From: Minisyncoccota bacterium
GTDB taxonomy: Bacteria > Patescibacteriota > Minisyncoccia > UBA6257 > GWB1-50-10
Assembly (NCBI GenBank): GCA_041917695.1
Contig: JAYRXE010000037.1
Location: forward strand, 2,155 to 66,154
Direction: 5' to 3'
Length of the DNA: 64,000 bases
Shown here piece after piece: positions 1 through 7,572 of the stretch (position 1 is its first letter; each line of letters opens with the position of its first letter). The translations under genes and the position numbers were made by a program. Below the pieces are notes generated by a model. The model made no database searches. It was not told the DNA's origin and saw only the letters and a list, made by a program, of their open reading frames with translations.

Positions 1-32
1 TCGGTAGGCGACCGTCACCGGTCCGCGCATCC

Positions 33-230
33 TTACTTTGAAGACCGCTTTTTCCCGCGATTGCGGCCTGGTTTGCGCACGCGCTTCACGGAAACCGTGA
101 GTTTTGCGCGCCCTTTCCGGCGGCGGCGGGCAAGCACCTTCCTTCCTCCCGCCGTTTTCGTGCGGGTATGGAAACCGTGCGTCTTCGCCCGCTTCCTTTT
201 CTTGGGTTGATATGTCCTTTTAGTCGCCAT
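33..230 (-). CDS. rpmH: 50S ribosomal protein L34 with a 19-aa basic C-terminal extension
   Basis: Product [46 protein letters not shown] matches the L34 consensus. It lies divergent from dnaA. A possible rnpA ATG at 30 on the minus strand runs off the window edge. Confidence 0.85.
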   Translation of the reverse strand: MATKRTYQPKKRKRAKTHGFHTRTKTAGGRKVLARRRRKGRAKLTVSVKRVRKPGRNRGKKRSSK

Positions 231-237
231 AATCAGC

Positions 238-245
238 TATCCACA
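238..245 (+). promoter_or_regulatory. DnaA-box-like motif TATCCACA upstream of dnaA
   Basis: The motif ctATCCACAac sits in the rpmH-dnaA intergenic region. Confidence 0.4.
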
Positions 246-329
246 ACTTGTGAACAATTAAAGCACAAAGCCTCGGTTGAATCAATATTGCTTACCACTA
301 GAATGTTCGTATAGTAGGTATAACCAAAC

Positions 330-1697
330 ATGGACCATAACGAATTGTGGCAGGCGGTTTTAGGGGATCTTGAAGTGCAGATCTCCCGCACCAATTTTCT
401 TACGTGGTTCAAACAGAGCAAGATTGTCGATCGGCGCGACGGTGAGGGTGTGGTACTCGTCGGCCTCCCCAACAACTTCGCGAAAGAATGGGTGAGGAAC
501 CGCTACCATAAACTTATTCTCGGTTCTCTCCGTAACATGGACTCGAGCGTGAAAAGCGTCGAATATTCCGTGGTCCACAACCATGCCGCGACGCTTGCGC
601 CGGCAAAGGCGGTGAAGCGCGAAGAGCGCCACACCCCCAAACTCCCCCTCGAATCGAAAATCGACCCCAAAACCAACCTCAACCCACGCTACACGCTCGA
701 ATCTTTGGTTGTGGGTTCCTCGAACGAGCTCGCGTATGCGGCAATCCAAGCGATTGTGAAGGAGCCGGGGAAAAAATACAATCCGCTTTTCATTTACGGC
801 GGCGTCGGATTGGGAAAAACCCACCTACTCCAGGGCGGGGGAAACGAAATCAAAAAAAAGTATGACAACCAAGTCCGCGTTTTTTACGTCACATCGGAAA
901 AATTCCTCAATGACGTCGTGGGCGCCATTAAAAACAAGCGCAGTGAGGATATTAAGAACAAATACCGCGACGTTGACGTGCTCATCATCGACGACATCCA
1001 ATTCATCGGCGGCAAGGCGGCGACCGAGCAGGAGTTTTTCCATACCTTCAACTCGCTCTACGAGAACAACAAGCAAATCATCATTTCCTCCGATAAGCCG
1101 CCGGGAGCCATCCCCATCCTCGAAGAGCGCCTCCGGAGCCGATTTGAGGGCGGCATGGTGGTCGATATCACGTATCCGGACTATGAGATGCGCCTCGCTA
1201 TCTTAAAATCCAAAATCGAGCGCGAGCAGGTGTATATCGAGGAGAAAATACTCGAACTTATTGCCTCGAAAGTGCAACGCAACATCCGCGAACTTGAAGG
1301 GGTGCTGAATAAGGTTATTTTTTACACCACTTTCAAAAAAGAGCGTATCGACGAGAAAAAAATAGACGATATTATCGGCGAAATCACCCAGGTAAGCCAC
1401 AAGAATGTGACACCCCAGGAGATCATCCGCATTGTTTCCGAGTTCTTTGAGATATCGACGAGCGACTTAGTGAATAAAGGCCGCAAGAAAGAAGTGGTTG
1501 AGCCCCGTCAAATCGCCATGTTCCTTCTCCGCGACGTCCTGAAACTTTCCTATCCCCACATCGGGGAGCGCCTGGGAAAGCGCGACCACACCACCGTCAT
1601 CCACGCCTGCGAGAAAATCAACCGCGAGATGAACGAAAACCCCCAACTCAACCAAAAAATCCTCCTTATCAAGGAACGGGTATATAAAGATGGATAA
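330..1697 (+). CDS. dnaA: chromosomal replication initiator DnaA
   Basis: 455-aa ORF with Walker A GGVGLGKTHL, an AAA+ core and a C-terminal DnaA-box binding domain (HTTV...). Synteny rpmH-dnaA-dnaN. Confidence 0.95.
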   Translation: MDHNELWQAVLGDLEVQISRTNFLTWFKQSKIVDRRDGEGVVLVGLPNNFAKEWVRNRYHKLILGSLRNMDSSVKSVEYSVVHNHAATLAPAKAVKREERHTPKLPLESKIDPKTNLNPRYTLESLVVGSSNELAYAAIQAIVKEPGKKYNPLFIYGGVGLGKTHLLQGGGNEIKKKYDNQVRVFYVTSEKFLNDVVGAIKNKRSEDIKNKYRDVDVLIIDDIQFIGGKAATEQEFFHTFNSLYENNKQIIISSDKPPGAIPILEERLRSRFEGGMVVDITYPDYEMRLAILKSKIEREQVYIEEKILELIASKVQRNIRELEGVLNKVIFYTTFKKERIDEKKIDDIIGEITQVSHKNVTPQEIIRIVSEFFEISTSDLVNKGRKKEVVEPRQIAMFLLRDVLKLSYPHIGERLGKRDHTTVIHACEKINREMNENPQLNQKILLIKERVYKDG

Positions 1698-1781
1698 CGT
1701 GGGGAAAAAGAGGTTCTTCCGCTGGGTATAAAAGAACTTTCTTCACCACCGAAAAAAGAGCGCTGGGGATAATCCCCAAAA

Positions 1782-1888
1782 CCATCCACAAGATATAAAA
1801 CGTAAAAACGAATCCAGGAAAAGAAAAAACAAACTTATCCACCTATCCACACCCCCTACTACAACAACTATTTCTTTATATACATATC
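1782..1888 (+). promoter_or_regulatory. oriC-like region with DnaA boxes CCATCCACA, TTATCCACC and TATCCACAC plus an AT-rich unwinding stretch
   Basis: Boxes at about 1782-1790, 1835-1843 and 1844-1852 match the TTATCCACA consensus. They are followed by ctatttctttatatacatatc immediately before dnaN. Confidence 0.6.
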
Positions 1889-2995
1889 ATGAAAATAATA
1901 CTGCTTAAGAACAAACTTGTGGAAGCCTTGAACCTCGTCGAACGTGCGACGGGTTCAAACCCTTCCCTGCCAATCCTGAAAAGCGTCCTCATCGAAGCCC
2001 GGGAGAACAAGATATCGATGAGCGCGACAAACCTCGAATTCGCGGTCACATATTCGTTTTCCGGGAAAATCGTCGAAGCGGGTAGCGTAGCGGTTCCCGC
2101 CCCGCTCCTCGCGGGTCTCGTTAAAAACCTCTCCTCCGAGCGCGTGACGCTTGAATTGAAGGGGAAGAAGTTAAGCGTGGTGACCGAAAACTACGAAGCG
2201 GGCATGCAAACCCAGGAAGTGAAGGATTTCCCCATCATTCCACGGCTTACGAGCGAGGCGGCCCGTCTTGAGACCACGACGCGGGGATTCGGGGAAGGAC
2301 TCATGAGCGTCATTTCAGCGACGCAGCTTTCAGAAATCCGCCCGGAGATCAGCGGTGTTTTTGTGACGCGCGAAGGAGGGGTGATGTTGGTCGCCACCGA
2401 CAGCTTCAGGCTCGCGGAAAAGCATTTTGACAGCTTTAAATCCGAATCGCTTGAGGGGGTCCGCGCGGTGGTACCGATTCGTACCGCCGAAGAGGTCTTG
2501 CGCATCCTTACGTCGCGCGAGGATACCCCGCTAGACGTGTTTTTTGACGATACGCAGGTTTTTATGAAGACGAACGATATCGAGGTCGTTTCACGGTTGG
2601 TGGACGGCAATTTCCCCGATTATAAGGCGATTGTGCCGAAAGAAGTGAAAACGGACGTGATAGTCGACCGCCAGGAATTTCTCCAGGCGCTCCGCTTGGT
2701 AAGCACTTTTTCCACGAAAATTAACGACGTGCGCATCACGGTCGGAGAGGGGGGTAAGCACATAGAGGTTTCCTCCTCGAACTCTTCCCTCGGCGAGAAC
2801 GTGTATAAAATTCCGGCAAAAATAAAAGGCGACTCGTTTTCGGTCGCCTTCAATTGGAGGTTTTTGGTTGATGCCCTCAAGTCTTTTTCGGAGGACGATG
2901 TCAGTTTCGGCGTGAACGGCTCCGGACGGCCCTCGGTCATACGCGGCGCAGGGGATAAAAGCCTCTTGTACGTCGTGATGCCGCTCACCATCTAA
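1889..2995 (+). CDS. dnaN: DNA polymerase III beta sliding clamp
   Basis: 368 aa with typical beta-clamp N-terminus MKIILLKNKLVEALNLVERA. Position directly after dnaA. Confidence 0.93.
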   Translation: MKIILLKNKLVEALNLVERATGSNPSLPILKSVLIEARENKISMSATNLEFAVTYSFSGKIVEAGSVAVPAPLLAGLVKNLSSERVTLELKGKKLSVVTENYEAGMQTQEVKDFPIIPRLTSEAARLETTTRGFGEGLMSVISATQLSEIRPEISGVFVTREGGVMLVATDSFRLAEKHFDSFKSESLEGVRAVVPIRTAEEVLRILTSREDTPLDVFFDDTQVFMKTNDIEVVSRLVDGNFPDYKAIVPKEVKTDVIVDRQEFLQALRLVSTFSTKINDVRITVGEGGKHIEVSSSNSSLGENVYKIPAKIKGDSFSVAFNWRFLVDALKSFSEDDVSFGVNGSGRPSVIRGAGDKSLLYVVMPLTI

Positions 2996-3002
2996 CCCCG
3001 CC

Positions 3003-5459
3003 TTAGTGCGCGTAGACGGTGAATTTACGCGATTGGACGCGATTCTTTTGGTCGGTCACCCGAATTTCGAATCGGTTTTCCGCCGCGAGGCCCTGGTAAA
3101 AATAGTATTGATATTCAAACGACTTACCCGCAATATTCAGCTGATTCTTGAGGCTCCCATTCACATAGAGCTGTATCAACGCCAACTCGTCGGATGAGCT
3201 GATTGAAGCCCGGATGGGGAATGGCCCCGATATCGTCGAACCGTCAGAGGGTTCCACTACTCCAATTCTTATCTCGCCGGGCGCGAGAGGAACCGAACCG
3301 GGTGGAAAGTATCCATTCCCAGTTCCAGTTCCCGTGCTCCCCGATCCGGATGTTCCAGGGACGGTAAGTCCGGGATTGTTTTCCTGTATCCACTTGCGCA
3401 CACCATCCTCCCACCCGGGGAATTGGGGGTCGCTTGCAGGATTTTCCGGCCATGCTCCGCGCGGATCGTCCTTGCGCACGTAGTAAAGGATAGAATGCGC
3501 TTCAGGAACGCCGTTATTCATCCACACGTAATCGCCGTTCAACATCGGCTTTGAGATTGCAGGGGAAGAGTCGGGAGCGGGGAACGATTCCTGAGGATAA
3601 TTTTTCAGCGCCTCACGAAGGAAGTTGCTCCACATCGGGATAGCCGCCAGGATGGACCCTCCTTTCCGCACCATCGGCTTGTTGTCGGTATTACCCGCCC
3701 ATACGCCGACCGTGAGTGAGGGCGTGTATCCGAAAGCCCACGCATCGCGGTAGTCTTGCGTGGTACCCGTCTTCAAAGCCACGTCGTATCCCGGAAAAAT
3801 CGTGAGCCCCAAGCTTGACTGGAAGAGTCCCGAGCGAAGTTCCTGGCTCGAGAGAATATGGTTTATACGGCGCGGGTTTTCAGGTTCCATGACGCGCGTC
3901 CCTTCGCTTTCTTTCCATTCTTCCACGGTGTCGCCCGAGGTATTTTCGATTTTCAAGATAATGGACTGGTCGTGGCGAACGCCCTCCTGCGACATCGTTG
4001 CGTATGCGTTTACCAAGTCGACCAAATGCACTTCGCCTCCGCCCAGAACGAGCGTCAAGCTGTACCGGTCGCGGTCGTTTAAGGTGGTGATGCCGAAGTT
4101 ATGGAGCGTGTCGAGCGAGTTTTGGAGGCCCGCGAGATACAGCGTTTTAACCGCGGGTACGTTCAAGGATTGCGCAAGGGCGCTCTGCATCGCAATAGGC
4201 CCCCGGAAAATACCGTCAAAGTTCTCGGGCGAGTAGCTTTCCGACCCGCCGCGCGTGTCGAACTCTGTTTTTGCGTCAAAGAGAAGGGTTTCCGGCGTGT
4301 ACCCCTTTTCAAAAGCGGTGAGGTAGACGTACGGCTTTAGCGCGGAACCCGGCTGGCGGAGCCCCTGCGTCGCGACGTTGTAATTTCCCCGTATTGTGTC
4401 GTCGAAATAGTCGCGTGAGCCGACAAGGGTGAGTATTTGTCCCGTTTTCGGGTCTTCAGCGACCAATGATGCGTTCCGCCCCTCGTAATTTTTTTCGTTG
4501 TTTGCCGCTCCTTCCGCGACCACCTTTTCGGCGATTTCCTGCAGTTTCCAATCAAGCGTGGTGATAACCTTGTATCCGGCCTGGGTTAGGTCCTCGTCTC
4601 CGTATTTCTCCTCAAGGTACTGCTTCACCATGAGTGAAAAATGAGGCGCCCGGATGGAGCCGATTGATTGCGGAAGAAATACCAATTCTTTCCGCTTGGC
4701 GGCGTCCGCCTCGTCCTTCGATATGTATCCCAGCTTCGTCATCTGGTCGAGGACGTAATTTTTCCGGTCCATGAGGTCGTCCACGTGGAATCCGTAGGGT
4801 GAGTAATAGCTGGGGGCCTGCGCCAAAGAAACGATAAGCGCGGCTTCGTGCAATTCGAGGTCTTTCGCGTGTTTTCCGAAAAAGGTCTGCGCCGCCGCTT
4901 CGATGCCGTAGGCGTTCGACCCGTACGGGATTTGATTTAAATAAAAATATAAAATCTCATCCTTCGTGTACCGGTTTTCAAGCTGGACGGCGAGAATAAG
5001 CTCCTTGGCTTTGCGGGTGAAAGTTTTTTCGTTCGTAAGGAATATGTTTTTCGCAAGCTGCTGGGTGATGGTCGAACCGCCCTGCGCATACCGCCCGGAT
5101 TGGAGGTTTACGAAAACGGCCCGGACGATTGATTTCCAGTCGAAGGCGGGCTGGTTGTAAAAATCGGCGTCTTCCGCGGCAAGCGTGGCTTTTTTCACGA
5201 TATCCGGGACGTCCTCCGGCGGTATCAGTGTCCTTTTTTCCTCGCCGTGTATTTCATAGAGCAATACTTCGCCGGTTCGGTCGTATATTTTCGTCGACTG
5301 AGTTATCTTCTTTACGCTGAAATCGTCAGGTGAGGGGAGATTCGCCGCAAGTACGGCGACCGCGATAAGGCCGGCTACCACGCATACCGCAAACGCGCCA
5401 AGCGCCCAGGTAATGGCCTTTTTCCCCAGGGAACTCCTGGAATCCGTTTCTTTTTTCAT
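3003..5459 (-). CDS. penicillin-binding protein 1A (bifunctional glycosyltransferase/transpeptidase) with C-terminal Gly/Ser/Thr linker and extra beta-rich domain
   Basis: N-terminal TM helix, GT51 motifs (EDADFYNQPAFD, RKAKELILAVQLE) and a transpeptidase SxxK context. Start chosen at MKKETD, which has an AGGAAAT RBS. The ORF track extends to 5495. Confidence 0.85.
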   Translation of the reverse strand: MKKETDSRSSLGKKAITWALGAFAVCVVAGLIAVAVLAANLPSPDDFSVKKITQSTKIYDRTGEVLLYEIHGEEKRTLIPPEDVPDIVKKATLAAEDADFYNQPAFDWKSIVRAVFVNLQSGRYAQGGSTITQQLAKNIFLTNEKTFTRKAKELILAVQLENRYTKDEILYFYLNQIPYGSNAYGIEAAAQTFFGKHAKDLELHEAALIVSLAQAPSYYSPYGFHVDDLMDRKNYVLDQMTKLGYISKDEADAAKRKELVFLPQSIGSIRAPHFSLMVKQYLEEKYGDEDLTQAGYKVITTLDWKLQEIAEKVVAEGAANNEKNYEGRNASLVAEDPKTGQILTLVGSRDYFDDTIRGNYNVATQGLRQPGSALKPYVYLTAFEKGYTPETLLFDAKTEFDTRGGSESYSPENFDGIFRGPIAMQSALAQSLNVPAVKTLYLAGLQNSLDTLHNFGITTLNDRDRYSLTLVLGGGEVHLVDLVNAYATMSQEGVRHDQSIILKIENTSGDTVEEWKESEGTRVMEPENPRRINHILSSQELRSGLFQSSLGLTIFPGYDVALKTGTTQDYRDAWAFGYTPSLTVGVWAGNTDNKPMVRKGGSILAAIPMWSNFLREALKNYPQESFPAPDSSPAISKPMLNGDYVWMNNGVPEAHSILYYVRKDDPRGAWPENPASDPQFPGWEDGVRKWIQENNPGLTVPGTSGSGSTGTGTGNGYFPPGSVPLAPGEIRIGVVEPSDGSTISGPFPIRASISSSDELALIQLYVNGSLKNQLNIAGKSFEYQYYFYQGLAAENRFEIRVTDQKNRVQSRKFTVYAH

Positions 5460-5493
5460 ATTTCCTATTGTAGCGCGCCCCGGTTCTTGAAAC

Positions 5494-5521
5494 AAAAAAC
5501 CCGCGACAAGGGCGGGTTTTT
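5494..5521 (-). terminator. rho-independent terminator
   Basis: The hairpin aaaaaacccgcgacaagggcgggttttt lies downstream of the 5544..5744 minus-strand gene. Confidence 0.6.
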
Positions 5522-5543
5522 AACGGTTTCCACCGTGAAGATA

Positions 5544-5744
5544 TTACAATCCTTCTTCTTCGGAGTCTTCACCGTCCATTCCTTCGAGGGCGCCGTCCTC
5601 AGCGAGCATGTCTTCGTCGTCTTCGCTGTGCGCGGCTTTTTTCTTAGATCCGCCGGCGGGCTTTGCATCGTCCAGGACTTCGTTCTCCTGGTATTCGTCA
5701 GTGCCGTCCTCAATGAAGAGATCGTCGTCTACTTTTCTCGGCAT
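5544..5744 (-). CDS. small highly acidic hypothetical protein (66 aa)
   Basis: ORF with a D/E-rich product. It has its own terminator and is the last gene of the ruvB-polA-ruvC minus-strand cluster. Confidence 0.45.
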   Translation of the reverse strand: MPRKVDDDLFIEDGTDEYQENEVLDDAKPAGGSKKKAAHSEDDEDMLAEDGALEGMDGEDSEEEGL

Positions 5745-5820
5745 GCGTTTCGCGTTTTTGTCGTAAAACTTTTAGAGCGACCTTTTCTTTCACCAGAGTA
5801 TACTTCGCCCGAATTCAAAG

Positions 5821-6291
5821 TCAATCCTTCTTAAAGCCCGCCGCGATGGCTATCGCGACCGCATCCGTCTCATCGTCAACCTTACCGGACAAATCAGCCC
5901 CCGAGAACCGTCCGGCCATGCGGGCAACGTCGTTTTTTGCCGCCCGCCCATGCCCCGTGAGGAGGAGCTTCACCTCCATGGGCGAGATCTCAATGACGGG
6001 AATGTTGTTTTCCGCGAAAACCTTCAAAATGACGCCGCGGGCTTCTGCGACCGAGAGGGCGGTGGTCCGATTTTTTGAGAAAAAAAGCGTTTCAACGCCG
6101 GCCCGTTCGGGATGGTGCCGCGCAACAATCTCGCGAAGCGCGGTTTCGATGGTGAAAAGCCTGTCCGCCCGGCCCTCCCCGGAAGTTACCCGCAAAATAC
6201 CGCTCTCCACGTACGAGAAGGCGTTCTTCGCATAGTCGACGATACCGAATCCTGCGCGATCCGTCCCCGGGTCGATGCCGATAATGCGCAT
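5821..6291 (-). CDS. ruvC: crossover junction endodeoxyribonuclease RuvC
   Basis: MRIIGIDPGTDRAGFGIVDY is the RuvC N-terminal catalytic motif. The product is 156 aa. Confidence 0.9.
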   Translation of the reverse strand: MRIIGIDPGTDRAGFGIVDYAKNAFSYVESGILRVTSGEGRADRLFTIETALREIVARHHPERAGVETLFFSKNRTTALSVAEARGVILKVFAENNIPVIEISPMEVKLLLTGHGRAAKNDVARMAGRFSGADLSGKVDDETDAVAIAIAAGFKKD

Positions 6292-6294
6292 ATT

Positions 6295-7572
6295 TTATGA
6301 CGCCGAGTCCGCGGAGAGGGGGAGAGTGACCCAAAACGTGCTTCCGCGGCCTTCTTTGGATTCAAAGTTGGTTTGCCCCCCATGGCGCTCCACAATCTTC
6401 TTTACGATGTAGAGCCCCAAGCCGGTGCCGTTTGCGTCGGTTGAGGAGGCTCCGGCTCCGCGGGAGAATTTTTTGAAAAGCTTTGCACGGTCCGATTCAG
6501 CAATTCCCTTGCCGGTATCTTCGATGGAAATCTTTGCGATACGCCGTTCGGGGAACACTTCAAGACGCACCCGCGCCTCGCCGTTTTTTGTGTTGTATTT
6601 CACCGCGTTATCAATGAGGTTTCCGAGCGCGGTCCCGAGCGTCGCCTCATCGATGCGGGCGGAGGCGGACTCCCATTCCGGGGGAACGGGCTGGAAAAAG
6701 AGGTTTACCGAGCGCTCTTTGGCAAAAAGCGACCCCGCCTCGACGATTTTCCTGAGAAAAGGCGCGAGCGCCACGTCCGCCGGCGCGTAGTCGCCGCTTC
6801 CCGATTCTATCTTCGCCACCTCAAGCAGGTCGTTCACGATCTTTAATGAGCGCGCGGAAACCGAAAGCGCTTCGGTCGCGATGGGAAGGACGCCTGCCGG
6901 ATTTTCCGATGCGCCTTTCACGATGTTTTCGAGGGCCCAATTTATCGCGGTGAGGGGGGTGCGGAGCTGGTGCGCCGCCACGTCGACGAATTCTGATTTT
7001 TCCTCCGCGGTTTCCCGTTCTTCGCTCGCGTCACGCACGCTTTTGATGAAGTAGGCGATACCGCCCTGTTCATTCATGACCCGTGAAACGGACGTGAGGA
7101 ATTTGCGGGAAGGTTTTTCGGTGGTTATCTCGACCCGTTTCGGCCACGCGTCCGCGTCGCTTAATTCGGTCGCCGAGGCGGCCAGGGAAGGGAAGAGTAT
7201 TTGTATGAACAGGCGGTCGTTTCCCGCGAGGTCCGTCCGCGGTTCCGCTTTTTTGCCTTTCCATGCTTCGCGCGCAATACCAAACATTTTTTCAGTTGCG
7301 GCGTTCAAGGCGAGCAGACGGAATTCCTCGTCGTACACGATGACGCTTTCGTCGAGGTGCTCCGCAAGCGCGTCGAATCCCCGAGTCTTCACGTCGAATT
7401 CCTTTCGGAGAAGCGAGAGGGCTGATCGGTTGCGGTAGAGCGGTATGGCGACGACGGCAATACCGAGAAGTCCGGCAACGAGGTTTACGGGAAAAGAGAG
7501 AAACGCTCCGGCGGCGACAAGAAGCGCGCCAAGAAGGACGAGGACCGCGGATTGTTGGGTAAGAAAGCTCAT
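6295..7572 (-). CDS. membrane sensor histidine kinase (orphan)
   Basis: N-terminal TM segments, an H-box AAHQLRTPLTAI and an HATPase region with N, G1 and G2 motifs (IDNAVKYN, DTGKGI, GTGLGL). No response regulator nearby. The ATGA overlap couples it to polA. Confidence 0.85.
   Translation of the reverse strand: MSFLTQQSAVLVLLGALLVAAGAFLSFPVNLVAGLLGIAVVAIPLYRNRSALSLLRKEFDVKTRGFDALAEHLDESVIVYDEEFRLLALNAATEKMFGIAREAWKGKKAEPRTDLAGNDRLFIQILFPSLAASATELSDADAWPKRVEITTEKPSRKFLTSVSRVMNEQGGIAYFIKSVRDASEERETAEEKSEFVDVAAHQLRTPLTAINWALENIVKGASENPAGVLPIATEALSVSARSLKIVNDLLEVAKIESGSGDYAPADVALAPFLRKIVEAGSLFAKERSVNLFFQPVPPEWESASARIDEATLGTALGNLIDNAVKYNTKNGEARVRLEVFPERRIAKISIEDTGKGIAESDRAKLFKKFSRGAGASSTDANGTGLGLYIVKKIVERHGGQTNFESKEGRGSTFWVTLPLSADSAS

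Noticed and set aside
360-824. Long antisense and overlapping ORFs in the six-frame track. Examples: 360-824 minus inside dnaA, 10013-10663 plus, 10470-11699 plus inside ruvB, 13754-14851 plus inside pilB, 40050-41720 plus inside rnj, 46310-47626 minus inside rny, and 51749-52456 / 52598-53875 plus inside recG.
   Set aside because: These are shadow ORFs expected in high-GC DNA. Each lies opposite or out of frame to a gene with clear homology motifs, and they have no RBS.
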